DNA from: an uncultured Acidobacteriota bacterium
GTDB taxonomy: Bacteria > Actinomycetota > Acidimicrobiia > Spongiisociales > ZC4RG35
Length of the DNA: 64,000 bases
Direction of reading: 5' to 3'
Assembly (NCBI GenBank): GCA_963828465.1
Contig: CAWHEU010000022.1
Span: 256,001 to 320,000, forward strand
Shown here: piece after piece, positions 43,951 through 55,187 of the stretch
How positions within the stretch are numbered: position 1 is the stretch's first letter
Layout: each line of letters opens with the position of its first letter
Notes under the pieces: generated by a model
Seen by the model: only the letters and a program-made list of their open reading frames with translations
Database searches by the model: none
Told to the model about the DNA's origin: nothing
Position numbers and translations under genes: made by a program

Positions 43951-44702
43951 TCACCCTCGGTTTGGTCGCCCGCCAGACGTCCGACCGCTACATATCCGAT
44001 GCCCTTCTCGGTGTCGTGGAAGGGCTTCTGGGCGAATGCTGCCGGGCGGAGAGCCAGTTCGACTGTTCGCCCCAACGCGGCCGGCGGCTGGAAGAATCGC
44101 CCGCTGCCCGCCGTGCCGACATCCTTGTCGAGTCTGCGCCGGGCCAGCACATTTCGCCCAGCCTCGAGCAGGTACCCGAGAGGCATGCCCCATGATTCGA
44201 TCGAGAGTGGCTCGAGCCCGGCGGATCGAAGCAGCGTGGCCATGCTGTCTCTCTCGTATCGGCGACAGTGGCCGGCCATCTCATCGCACGGCCCGAATCG
44301 ATCGGGATGGGCCGGGACGCTTATCAGGACATGGCCGCCGGGGTTGAGCCACCTGACCCAGCTTCGGAGCGTGGCCTGGTCATCCTCGATGTGCTCGAGC
44401 ACCTCGAATGCAACCAGCAAGTCGAAGCTGCGATCCGGCTCGTCGGGCACCGGCTCATTGCGGACGTCTCCCTTTCCGAGGCGGGCCAGACGCGCTGCAG
44501 CTTCGGCGTATGAGGTTGGATCGGGCTCGTAGCCCCGGTAGTCGAATCGACTGGCGAATCTCCAGGCCATCGCCCCCATGCCGCACCCCGCCTCCAGTAC
44601 CGACGAGGGCGCGATGCGCGTGAGCCAATTTTCGATCAGCGGAAGTCGCAAAGAGGCGCTGGGGCTCAAAGCCGGCGGACGGGTCTGTCCTTGGTCCGTC
44701 AC
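43947..44702 (-). CDS. Class I SAM-dependent methyltransferase
   Basis: VLEAGCGMG, AFEVLEHIEDD, ISVPAH..D..AGHCRRY; GTG 44702 overlaps the upstream stop. Confidence 0.85.
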   Translation of the reverse strand: MTDQGQTRPPALSPSASLRLPLIENWLTRIAPSSVLEAGCGMGAMAWRFASRFDYRGYEPDPTSYAEAAARLARLGKGDVRNEPVPDEPDRSFDLLVAFEVLEHIEDDQATLRSWVRWLNPGGHVLISVPAHPDRFGPCDEMAGHCRRYERDSMATLLRSAGLEPLSIESWGMPLGYLLEAGRNVLARRRLDKDVGTAGSGRFFQPPAALGRTVELALRPAAFAQKPFHDTEKGIGYVAVGRLAGDQTEGE

Positions 44703-45619
44703 TCGATGGTCGCCGGCATCACGTCGTGTGGCCGCTTGTTCAACTGGACCAGCATGTCCGCAACCATTCCGATGAGGGCAAGAGCGAAGGCGACACCAAG
44801 GATCACGATTGTGTTCGTGGCGACCCTGAAGTCCTTGTCGACGAGGTCGTACACGAGTTTCCCCACGCCGACGATCGTTAGGAGGGCGGCTGGAGGGCCG
44901 AAGATCCGCATCGGTTCCCACATCAAGGTGAGCCTCAGCACTTGGAGGAGATAGCGCTTCGTGTCTTTCCACCAATGGAACTTCGATTCCCCGGCCCGTG
45001 GGGCGTAGTCGATCGGGATGTACTTGATGGAATAGCCGTTGGAGAGAAAGGCCATGGTGATGGTGGTCACGCAGGAGAACCCGCGGGGGAGCAGATGTAG
45101 GAACTGAAGGGCAACGTCCCGGCGAAAGGCCCGGAATCCGGAGTTGAGGTCCGGGATGCGGACTCCGGACAGATACGACGCAAGTTTTCGAATCAGCCAT
45201 TTGGCCGGTCCGCGGAGCAGACGCACCGTTCCCTCCTCGCTGGTGCGTGCACCTACCACCTGGTCGTATCCTCCGAGTTGGTCGAGCAGGTCGGGGATGC
45301 TGTCGTTTGGGTAGGTCATGTCGACGTCGGTCCAGACGATGATCGAGCCGTGTGCCGACTGCGTCCCGTATTTGCGGGCCGACCCGCTGCCTCGATTGGT
45401 GCCGAACCTGAGCAGCCGGATTCCCTCGATGTCCTTCAGACGTTGCCCCGATCCGTCGGTGGAACCGTCATCGACGACCACGATCTCGTAGCTGTAATCC
45501 GATTCGTCCATCGTCTTGCGAATCCGGTCGATCTCCTCTTCGAGGTGGCCGAGCTCGTTGTAGACGGGAAGGACGATCGAGACATCGACACCGTCGGGCG
45601 TGTGGGTCTGATCTGGCAT
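44699..45619 (-). CDS. GT2 polyprenol-phosphate glycosyltransferase (DPM1-like) with C-terminal TM helices
   Basis: SIVLPVYNE, VDDGSTDG, TDVDMTYP, IPDLNSGFRAF, GESKF. Confidence 0.85.
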   Translation of the reverse strand: MPDQTHTPDGVDVSIVLPVYNELGHLEEEIDRIRKTMDESDYSYEIVVVDDGSTDGSGQRLKDIEGIRLLRFGTNRGSGSARKYGTQSAHGSIIVWTDVDMTYPNDSIPDLLDQLGGYDQVVGARTSEEGTVRLLRGPAKWLIRKLASYLSGVRIPDLNSGFRAFRRDVALQFLHLLPRGFSCVTTITMAFLSNGYSIKYIPIDYAPRAGESKFHWWKDTKRYLLQVLRLTLMWEPMRIFGPPAALLTIVGVGKLVYDLVDKDFRVATNTIVILGVAFALALIGMVADMLVQLNKRPHDVMPATIE

Positions 45620-45729
45620 TTTCGGCGATTATGGCAGTGGTGGTCGCTAGTCGGGTCGTTCCGATTGGTGGAATTCGATCCGCAGTCCCGCAGCTGTCAC
45701 CCCGTGTGGTTGCCATATGATCCCGCCCC

Positions 45730-46416
45730 GTGCCCGACGACCTGACCACCCTTGTCCGACCCGAGTTCGTCCTGGTGGCGTGGGCGGCCGGACTGGCCCT
45801 GGTCTCGGGATCGGTGGCGCTGGCGCGCGTGGTTGGGCCTGGTTTCACCTGGCTGGTGGCATCCATCGCCGCCGCGATCGGTGTTGTCGGTGTCTTTGCC
45901 GAGGACTCGTGGTGGGCCAGATTCGGTCTGATTCTGTTGGCCCTCGCCCTGATCTGGGCTCGCAATCGCCAGATTTCCGGGATCCTCCAGGTCTTTGCGG
46001 GAGTGGCTCTGCTCATCCAGGCGTCGTCCGGTGGATGGGCTCCTGCGATATCGGCCGCCCTTGCCCTCGGCGGCGTGACGGGGGAGATGGCTCTCGGGCA
46101 CTGGTATCTGGTGGATCCGAGGTTGCCGAGATGGATGTTGAGGACACTGGCGATTGTGGGCATCGGCGGTCTCGCCGCCGACTCGACGGTGCTTGTCATC
46201 GCCGGGCTCCCGCCCGGAGGAGGCACTATCGCATTCTGGGTGCTCATGGCGACCTCGGTGGTGCTCATGGCCGCCGTGATCGGGTCGCTGCGATACCCTG
46301 CTTATGCGGGGGTCATGGCCGCCACCGGTTTGTCATATCTGGCGGTGCTAACCACGCTTGGGGGGATGTTCCTCGGCCGGGCGCTCGTCGCCGGCCTAGG
46401 CCCGTTTGCCAGCTGA
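45730..46416 (+). CDS. Hypothetical membrane protein (MxLGHWYL family)
   Basis: About 7-8 TM helices; EMALGHWYLV and MAATGLSY motifs. Confidence 0.65.
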   Translation: MPDDLTTLVRPEFVLVAWAAGLALVSGSVALARVVGPGFTWLVASIAAAIGVVGVFAEDSWWARFGLILLALALIWARNRQISGILQVFAGVALLIQASSGGWAPAISAALALGGVTGEMALGHWYLVDPRLPRWMLRTLAIVGIGGLAADSTVLVIAGLPPGGGTIAFWVLMATSVVLMAAVIGSLRYPAYAGVMAATGLSYLAVLTTLGGMFLGRALVAGLGPFAS

Positions 46417-46425
46417 ACAGGAGAC

Positions 46426-47856
46426 ATGGTGGAGATAAGGAACGCACCCGAAGAGCTCGACCTGACCGATGCGACCTTGATCGTCGGCGTGCTGGCCGAG
46501 AACGAGCCCGCCCCCGGCGCCGAGGATGCGTACGCCTCCGCCGACCCGGCCCTCCTCGAACTGGCCAAGTTCGAGGGGAAGACCGGCCAGGTGCTCACCC
46601 TGCCCCATTCCGAGGCGAAGGCGGTCGTCTTCGTCGGTTTGGGGGAGGAGGCGAGTTTCGAGACGATCAGGAGCGGCATCGGGAACGCGGCGCGTGTGGT
46701 GAAAACTGGCCGCGCCGTCACAAACCTCAACCAGATCCCTGTCGAGGGCGCGACACGGGCCGTCGTCGAAGGGGCGGCCCTCGGTGGTTATCAGTTCCGT
46801 GCCTACAAGACCGAGGGGGAGGGCCTGTCCTTGGAGACCCTGGAGTTGGTCGATGGCGACGAGGAAGCCCTCGCCGAGACGGTGGTTACTACCGAGGCCA
46901 CCAACCTGGCCCGGGACTGGGTCAACACGCCTGCTCTGGACAAGGCACCCGAGGCACTTGCCGAAACCATCAGGGCTGCAGCCGAGAGCGCAGGCCTGTC
47001 GGTCGAGGTGTGGGATGAGGATCGGATCATCGACGAGAAGCTGGGCGCTCTGCTCGGAGTCGCTGCCGGCTCCGATCGGCCCCCCCGACTCGTCGTTGTC
47101 GAACACCAGCCGGAAGATGCATTCGCTCATCTCGGCCTGGTGGGGAAGGGCATCACTTTCGACTCCGGCGGCCTTTCCATCAAGACCGCCCAACACATGG
47201 AGGAGATGAAGGACGACATGTCTGGGGCCGCCGTTGTCATCGCGGCAACGATTGCGATCGCTCGCCTGGGGCTGCCGGTTCGGGTGACCACCGTGGTCCC
47301 GCTCACTGACAACGCCGTGGGCGGGAAAGCGACGAGACCTGGCGATGTCCTCAGGCCGGTGTCGGGGCCCACCATCGAGGTGCTCAACACCGATGCCGAG
47401 GGTCGATTGATTCTCGCCGATGGCCTGGGGGTGGTTCGTCGGTACGAACCCGATCTGATCATCGATGTGGCGACCCTGACCGGCGCCGCCCATGTGGCGC
47501 TCGGCGACAAGATCGCAGCGGTTTTCGGCTCGGATTCCGACGTGGCCGCGCAGGTCCTGGACGCCGCCTCCCGGGCGGGGGAGCATTTCTGGGAGATGCC
47601 CCTGTTCGAGGACTACAAGAAGTCGATGGAATCTGACATCGCCGATCTCAAGAACATCTCGGGCGGGCGATATGGCGGGGCGATCACCGCGGCGTTGTTT
47701 CTTTCGAGCTACGTCGATGGAGAAAGGTGGGCTCACCTCGACATTGCCGGGCCCGCCCGATCGAGGGAAACCTCCGGCGAGCACGTCAAGGGCGCCTCTG
47801 GCGTGGGAGTGCGGACCCTGGTCGAGTTGGCCCGGGCTATGGCCGCGCCCGCCTGA
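46426..47856 (+). CDS. pepA: Leucyl aminopeptidase (M17)
   Basis: VGKGITFDSGG, MKDDMSGAA, NTDAEGRL, ATLTGA, HLDIAG. Confidence 0.95.
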   Translation: MVEIRNAPEELDLTDATLIVGVLAENEPAPGAEDAYASADPALLELAKFEGKTGQVLTLPHSEAKAVVFVGLGEEASFETIRSGIGNAARVVKTGRAVTNLNQIPVEGATRAVVEGAALGGYQFRAYKTEGEGLSLETLELVDGDEEALAETVVTTEATNLARDWVNTPALDKAPEALAETIRAAAESAGLSVEVWDEDRIIDEKLGALLGVAAGSDRPPRLVVVEHQPEDAFAHLGLVGKGITFDSGGLSIKTAQHMEEMKDDMSGAAVVIAATIAIARLGLPVRVTTVVPLTDNAVGGKATRPGDVLRPVSGPTIEVLNTDAEGRLILADGLGVVRRYEPDLIIDVATLTGAAHVALGDKIAAVFGSDSDVAAQVLDAASRAGEHFWEMPLFEDYKKSMESDIADLKNISGGRYGGAITAALFLSSYVDGERWAHLDIAGPARSRETSGEHVKGASGVGVRTLVELARAMAAPA

Positions 47857-47885
47857 ATCGCCCGCCGCTTTCTAGCATCTGTCCT

Positions 47886-49169
47886 GTGCGTAGACGTTTC
47901 CTGATCCGCTCCAGTCTGAGCGACCTCGTATCGCTGGGCGCCGCCATGGTTGTGGCGTCCCTCTACGTCTTCGGGACGGTCCTCCCGTGGAACTCGGTCG
48001 AAGGAGGCACACGAACGATCCCGATGGTGGTCTACCTGACACTGTCGATGATCCTGTTCTCTTTGCTCACCGCACAGATGTCCGGGCCGGGCGTCCCACG
48101 TCCCAGCTACGGCCGGATGTTCGCCATCTTCCTCGGCACCGGCGGGCTGACCGCCTTGCTGCTCCTCTTCAGCCGCGATTACTTCTCGAGGCTGTTCTTG
48201 ATCACCATCGCTGTGTCCTGGCTGGTGCTTGCCACCGCCCATCGCATGGTGAGACGCCGAAGGCCCTGGACCGAGCGAATCGCTCTCATCACCGGTGAGA
48301 AGCAGCTCGCCGAGGACCTGATCGACTCGCCTCATGCGGAAGTCGTCTGGGTGCTCGACCCCAAGTCGGAGAGCGTTCCCGACTTGCCGGAAAGAGATGT
48401 AACGATGGCAGTCGACCTGAAAGTCGTCCTCTCCGAGCGCGTCGCCCAGTTCCTGTCGTCATCGGATGTAGCGGGCTACACGATCCGTCCGTTCACATCG
48501 ACCTACGAGGAGCACACTGGCCGGGTTCCACTCGTACACCTGGCCGAAGGGTGGGAGATCTCGGCGCCTTTGCTCGAAGTGGCGCCCTGGCTCCCCGGCA
48601 AGAGAGCGGTCGAGACGCTTGCCACTGTCATCACGGCGCCTATTTGGGCCACTCTCAGCCTCATCGTGGCGGCCTATCTGCGCCTGTCATCGTCGGGCCC
48701 CGTGTTGTTTCGTCAGGAGAGGGTGGGGTTGGGAGGAGCCCCCTTCATCATGTACAAGTTCAGGACCATGGGCCATGACGCCGAGAAGGACGGGCCCAGC
48801 TTCGCCAGCGAGCGCGACCACCGGATCATCCGGGGTGGCAGGTTCCTGAGGAAGTCGCGACTCGACGAGATACCGCAACTCTTGAACGTGCTCCGGGGCG
48901 AGATGAGCCTGGTCGGCCCGCGTGCCGAGCAGGTCCCGTTCGCCGATGTCTTCCGCAATCAGATTCCCTTCTATGCCCATCGCCATCTGGTTCGTCCCGG
49001 AATCACGGGTTGGGCTCAGGTCAATTACGGGTATGCCGATGATCAAGCTGACACTGTCGAGAAGCTGACCTATGACCTCTACTACATCAAGCACATGTCC
49101 CCGGTGATGGATCTCCGCGTGCTCTGGAAGAGCGTCTGGACGGTCCTGACCGGGTTCGGCGCCCGTTGA
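47886..49169 (+). CDS. Polyprenyl-phosphate initiating sugar-phosphate transferase (WcaJ/CpsE-like)
   Basis: N-terminal TMs; FRQERVG, YKFRTM, RKSRLDEIPQ.LNVLRGEMSLVGPR, RPGITGWAQV, YDLYY. Confidence 0.9.
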   Translation: MRRRFLIRSSLSDLVSLGAAMVVASLYVFGTVLPWNSVEGGTRTIPMVVYLTLSMILFSLLTAQMSGPGVPRPSYGRMFAIFLGTGGLTALLLLFSRDYFSRLFLITIAVSWLVLATAHRMVRRRRPWTERIALITGEKQLAEDLIDSPHAEVVWVLDPKSESVPDLPERDVTMAVDLKVVLSERVAQFLSSSDVAGYTIRPFTSTYEEHTGRVPLVHLAEGWEISAPLLEVAPWLPGKRAVETLATVITAPIWATLSLIVAAYLRLSSSGPVLFRQERVGLGGAPFIMYKFRTMGHDAEKDGPSFASERDHRIIRGGRFLRKSRLDEIPQLLNVLRGEMSLVGPRAEQVPFADVFRNQIPFYAHRHLVRPGITGWAQVNYGYADDQADTVEKLTYDLYYIKHMSPVMDLRVLWKSVWTVLTGFGAR

Positions 49170-50401
49170 CCGCCCCTGTGATCGAGGCCAATCCGAGAGG
49201 TTTCCGAGCACCTGGCACCACCTTCATGGTGGCCGGAGGATTGATCGGAGCCATTGGCGCGTACATCTTCCAGGCTTACGGAGGCCGTCAGCTCGGCACC
49301 GAAGCCTTTGCTCCCGTCGCCCAGTTGTGGACGGTGTTCTTCATCATCGCCACGGTGCTGCTGGTCCCTGTGGAGCAATACATCACCCGCGAGGTGGCCG
49401 GGGGCCGAAAGGTGATACCGGGAGACTTGGTGCCGGCGATGACTGTTGCTGGGCTAGGGGCGGTCGTCGGCGGCGGGTTCGTGTTCTTCACCCAGGACCG
49501 GCTGTTTGCCGGGACGTCGCAATACGTGATTCAGATCGTGCTCCTCATGGTCGGATACGGATTGCTCGTCGTGGGCAAGGGCGTCTACGCCGGCCGTCGG
49601 CAGTTCGCCAAGGTGGGGTGGGTCCTGATCGTCGAGAGTGTGGTGCGACTGGCAGCGGGCATCGTCGCCATCCAACTCGCCGGCTCCGCGGAGTCCTTGG
49701 GCTGGGCGATGGTGCTCGGTGGATTCTCGATCCTCGGGATGGGCTGGTGGCGTTACGACGAGGGACATATCCGCCCCCCGGCTGCGAAACCCACTCGCTT
49801 CCTCGGCGGTTATGTCGGCGGCACCGCCGCATCGCAAGTCCTGCTGGGAGCTGCGCCTGTCGCCGTCGCCCTGCTCGGGGGCGATCAGGCGATCCAATCC
49901 GTCGTGTTCGCCACGTTCACTCTGTTCCGCGCCCCGCTGACCCTGATCTTCTCACTCCAGGGCCGGGTACTTCCTTATCTGGTGGGAATGGCAGATTCCG
50001 GAGACCGCAAGGGTCTCGCCCAGATTGCCCGGCTCGTAGTGATCGGTGGGGTGGTTCTTGCCGGTCTGGGCGCCCTGGTTGGTTGGCTGGTCGGGCCGGA
50101 GGTCGTCAGCCTTCTCTTCGAACCCGATTTCGCTCCGTCTTCGACGATGGCCGCCCTAACCGCCGCTGGTGTGACGGCGGCGGCCACGGCCCAGATCGCC
50201 GGTCAGGTCCTGGTGGCCGAAGGACGAACGTCTCGACTGTCCATCGCCTGGATCGCCGGCCTCGTCACCGCAGTGCTGGCGCTTGTGCTCCTCGGGGGTG
50301 CTCCCGACGTTCGGGTTGCTCTCGCCTTCCTCATCGGTGAGACGGTTGCCTTGGTGGCGATGGCTTTCCTCTCCACCGGTGGCCCGATTCTCAAGTCGTA
50401 A
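49166..50401 (+). CDS. Polysaccharide flippase-like (Wzx/MOP) membrane protein
   Basis: About 12 TMs, PVEQ, ESVVR, LFRAPL; directly after the WcaJ-like gene. Confidence 0.7.
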   Translation: MTAPVIEANPRGFRAPGTTFMVAGGLIGAIGAYIFQAYGGRQLGTEAFAPVAQLWTVFFIIATVLLVPVEQYITREVAGGRKVIPGDLVPAMTVAGLGAVVGGGFVFFTQDRLFAGTSQYVIQIVLLMVGYGLLVVGKGVYAGRRQFAKVGWVLIVESVVRLAAGIVAIQLAGSAESLGWAMVLGGFSILGMGWWRYDEGHIRPPAAKPTRFLGGYVGGTAASQVLLGAAPVAVALLGGDQAIQSVVFATFTLFRAPLTLIFSLQGRVLPYLVGMADSGDRKGLAQIARLVVIGGVVLAGLGALVGWLVGPEVVSLLFEPDFAPSSTMAALTAAGVTAAATAQIAGQVLVAEGRTSRLSIAWIAGLVTAVLALVLLGGAPDVRVALAFLIGETVALVAMAFLSTGGPILKS

Positions 50402-50804
50402 TCCATCTCGAGTGCTCGGCCCCGAGGCTGGGTGGGAATCTCCATCGCATCTCCACCGGTACCACAGGGATGTGATCGAACACCACCAGCCCCGATGTCT
50501 CGGCCTTGACCAGGCCGACCCGAAGCAAGATCGGGAGGGTCCTGGGCAGCCGCACCCCCTCCCCCTTCTCGGCCGCCCGAACCAGGCGAAGCAGCTCGGC
50601 AACGGCGCTCGAGCCGATTGCGGCCACCCAGAACCGCCTGACATAGGGGTCCGAAGGCTCGAACCCACCGCGACGAGGCTCCAGCCGGACCGGGACCACC
50701 GGCCGGACCCTCGCCGTCGGCCGGACCGAAGCGCCCGGAGGCCCCACGGTGCGCAGATGCGGAGGACGAGCAGTCTGGCCACCCCCGGACACTTCGGTTC
50801 TCAT
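50391..50804 (-). CDS. Hypothetical protein (YVxRFW..xIG motif)
   Basis: Compact ORF with its own sigma-70-like promoter; GFEPSDPYVRRFWVAAIGSSAVAELLRL. Confidence 0.6.
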   Translation of the reverse strand: MRTEVSGGGQTARPPHLRTVGPPGASVRPTARVRPVVPVRLEPRRGGFEPSDPYVRRFWVAAIGSSAVAELLRLVRAAEKGEGVRLPRTLPILLRVGLVKAETSGLVVFDHIPVVPVEMRWRFPPSLGAEHSRWITT

Positions 50805-50811
50805 CCATTGA

Positions 50812-50841
50812 GATCTACCAGGGACTGTTAAACAACGTCAA
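50812..50841 (-). promoter_or_regulatory. Sigma-70-like promoter with a palindrome in the spacer
   Basis: TTGACG-N18-TAGATC, 7 nt before ATG 50804; TGTTAAACA near-palindrome at 50826-50834. Confidence 0.45.
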
Positions 50842-50931
50842 GGGTCATAAACGCGAGTCGCGAAACAATTGCTCGGAGAAGCCCGGACAGGCGGAGGCGC
50901 ACAGGCCGTGCTGGCCGACCTAAGAACGGAC

Positions 50932-53532
50932 TCAGTCGTTGTCGGGCGGCGCGGTGGTCGTGGGGGACTCGGGTGGCGGCGGAGGCTCTTCCTCGAGCAC
51001 TCCGACAAGGGCCAGGACGTCGACCGCGCCCTGGACTTCGGTAGCCGGTGGTGGGTTGGTGGTGACGATGCGACCGACCAGCGCCGGGTCCGTGGTCCCG
51101 ATGTTCTCCTGGATGAGATTCACCCTGACTCCGGTGTCGTCTTCGAACGAGCGAACGATCTCGAGGGCCTCATCGAATGTCAGGCCGCTGAGGTTGGGCA
51201 GGGCACCGATGGGGATCTCACCGGTGGAGACGAAGATGGTGACAAACGAGCCCTGCCGCACCGTCGACCCGCCGCCTGGCGACTGGTTGACCACGATGCC
51301 TTCTGGCTCCAGCGACGGCACCTCTTCGACCGATGCATTGAGCTTGGCCTGGCGCAGCTCGGCTTCGGCGTCATCCTCGGAGAGCCCAACCACGTCGGGC
51401 ACAGTCGTTGGCGGCGGCACCAGCCACTTGTTGATGTTGCCCGGCTCCGGTGGAAAGTCGGTGACGGGAAGCCCGTCATGCACGTAGGTCATGAACTCAG
51501 CCCAGATCGGCGCCGGCACCGATCCACCGAACACCCGGTCGTAGTGCTGGCCGTTGATCACAACGTTCTCGAGCGGCACCTGTTGCGCCTCGTAACCAAC
51601 CCAGACCGCAGTGCTGAATTCAGGGGTGTAGCCCACATACCAGGCATCGAGGTAGGCCTGGTGGGTGCCGGTCTTGCCACCCTGAGGGATGCCGATGTTG
51701 GCCCGGGGGGCAGTGCCCGAAACCGGAACCACCTGCAGTGCCCGGTTGGCTGCGGCGAAGATGGCCGGGTCGGCGACCTGAGTGGTTTCCGGCTTGTGCT
51801 CGTAGACGGTTTCTCCGGCGCCATTGACGATCTTGGCGACTACGTAGTCGTCGGCGTGCATCCCGTATGTGGCGAAGTTCGAGTAGGCGTTCGCCATTTC
51901 CTTGGTGCTCACCGCCGAGCTGCCCAGGACGATGGAGAGCACGGGGTCGAGCGCCGACTCGTCGATGCCCATGCGCTTGGCGACGTCCACGACCTTCTCC
52001 GGTCCGACCTCGAGAGACAACTGAGCGTAGACGGCATTCACGGAGTTGTAGGTGGCCTCGGCCAGGTCGATGACCCCGAAGGAGGCGCCGGCGTTGCGAA
52101 CGGTCCAAATGTTGGAACCGTTGGGGGCACACGGGAACGGGCACTCGATCTTGATGGGGCTCTTACCGCTCCAACTGTGGCCCATGGTGAAGCCATTCTC
52201 CAGCGCCGCGATGAGACCGAACGGCTTGAAAGACGATCCTGGGTTCCTGCGGCCCTGCACCGCGAGGTCGAACTGGGAGAACTCGAACGGAAGGCCGGAA
52301 GCCATGACCTTCACCGCGCCGCTCCAGTTGTCGGTCATCGTCATAGCCCCGGTCGGTACGCATGAATGGGTTTCGGCGTAACGGGCGAGGAAGTCATCGG
52401 TCTCTTCGGGGAGGATTTCACGGCACTTGGCAAGGTTCTCCTCGTAGGGCGGCAAGGGGAGCCAGGTAGCCAGGATCTCATTGGCCTTCTGCTGCAACTC
52501 GAGGTCGATAGTGGTGAAGACCTGGAGACCGCCTCCGCCTTCGCAGGCGACGTCGTCGGCGGGACACCCGAATACTGCCTTCTTCCGCTCTTCGGGTGAA
52601 TCGCCCAGGAAGTCGAACTCAGGGTCGTTGAGCAACTGCCGCTTGACCTCGGCGACGACGTGGTCGGCTTGGCCCCGTCGCAGGGGAGCCTCGATGACAC
52701 CGATGGGTTCATCCGATGCGGCATTGGCCTGCGCCTCGGTTACCCACCCGTTCTCCTGCATCTCACGGATTACCTCGTCACGTCGATCCAGGGTCAGCTC
52801 GGGGCGATTGCGCGGGTTGTAAAGGGACGGGTTGCGGACCATGACGGCCAGAGTCGCCGATTCGGCGACACTGAGCTTGTCCATCGGCTTGTTGAAGAAC
52901 TCCTCGGCTGCGGTCTTGACCCCGTAAGCCCCGGCACCGAAGTACACCGAGTTCATGTAGAACTCGAGAATCCGCTCCTTGGGGAACCGGCGTTCTACCT
53001 CGGCGGAGACGAAAGCCTCGGTGATCTTGCGCTGGATGCTCACTTCGGTCCCGACGAAGGCGTTCTTGACGACCTGCTGGGTGATGGTCGAGCCGCCACG
53101 AGTGCGGTCGGTGATCAGGTTGTCGATTGCTGCGGAGACGATGGCCGAGAAGTCGATGCCCTCGTGCTCGAAGAATTCGCTGTCTTCGGCGGCGAGGATC
53201 GCATAGACCAGATTTTCGGGGACGTCCTTGTAGGCCACCGGCTCGGAGTTGCGACCGTCATGGAGTTCCGCCAGGACCTCACCCGAGTCGGCGTAGATCC
53301 GGCTGACACGGCTCAGGTCGGGAAGAGTGAGCTCCATCGACTTGGTGTCGGGCACCCATTCGTTCTTGACGCCCTCGAAGGTGCCGTATGCCGAGTTGGC
53401 GCCGAGAAATGCGAAGAGCCCCACCCATCCGGAGAGGAGCAGGGAGATCGATATGAGCGTGGCAAGGGCGCCGAACCATCGGCCGCGCCGTTCCCGCGCC
53501 TCGATTTGGTGGATCAGCGCTTTTCTGGCCAT
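50932..53532 (-). CDS. Class A penicillin-binding protein (transglycosylase/transpeptidase) with PASTA domains
   Basis: [29 protein letters not shown] motifs; VPDVVG PASTA repeats. Confidence 0.95.
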   Translation of the reverse strand: MARKALIHQIEARERRGRWFGALATLISISLLLSGWVGLFAFLGANSAYGTFEGVKNEWVPDTKSMELTLPDLSRVSRIYADSGEVLAELHDGRNSEPVAYKDVPENLVYAILAAEDSEFFEHEGIDFSAIVSAAIDNLITDRTRGGSTITQQVVKNAFVGTEVSIQRKITEAFVSAEVERRFPKERILEFYMNSVYFGAGAYGVKTAAEEFFNKPMDKLSVAESATLAVMVRNPSLYNPRNRPELTLDRRDEVIREMQENGWVTEAQANAASDEPIGVIEAPLRRGQADHVVAEVKRQLLNDPEFDFLGDSPEERKKAVFGCPADDVACEGGGGLQVFTTIDLELQQKANEILATWLPLPPYEENLAKCREILPEETDDFLARYAETHSCVPTGAMTMTDNWSGAVKVMASGLPFEFSQFDLAVQGRRNPGSSFKPFGLIAALENGFTMGHSWSGKSPIKIECPFPCAPNGSNIWTVRNAGASFGVIDLAEATYNSVNAVYAQLSLEVGPEKVVDVAKRMGIDESALDPVLSIVLGSSAVSTKEMANAYSNFATYGMHADDYVVAKIVNGAGETVYEHKPETTQVADPAIFAAANRALQVVPVSGTAPRANIGIPQGGKTGTHQAYLDAWYVGYTPEFSTAVWVGYEAQQVPLENVVINGQHYDRVFGGSVPAPIWAEFMTYVHDGLPVTDFPPEPGNINKWLVPPPTTVPDVVGLSEDDAEAELRQAKLNASVEEVPSLEPEGIVVNQSPGGGSTVRQGSFVTIFVSTGEIPIGALPNLSGLTFDEALEIVRSFEDDTGVRVNLIQENIGTTDPALVGRIVTTNPPPATEVQGAVDVLALVGVLEEEPPPPPESPTTTAPPDND

Positions 53533-53609
53533 TGAGAGAGATGGACGTTGTTGAGGTCCTGGGAGTTCCCCACCTACACCGAAGGGAACGATGCAAGGAT
53601 ACCCGGTAC

Positions 53610-55172
<1,563 letters not shown>

Positions 55173-55187
55173 AGGAGCGGGAATGAG

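Noticed and set aside
50869-52365. Long antisense ORFs (also 46396-47784, 28165-29241, 16241-17449)
   Set aside because: Typical stop-poor antisense frames of high-GC3 genes
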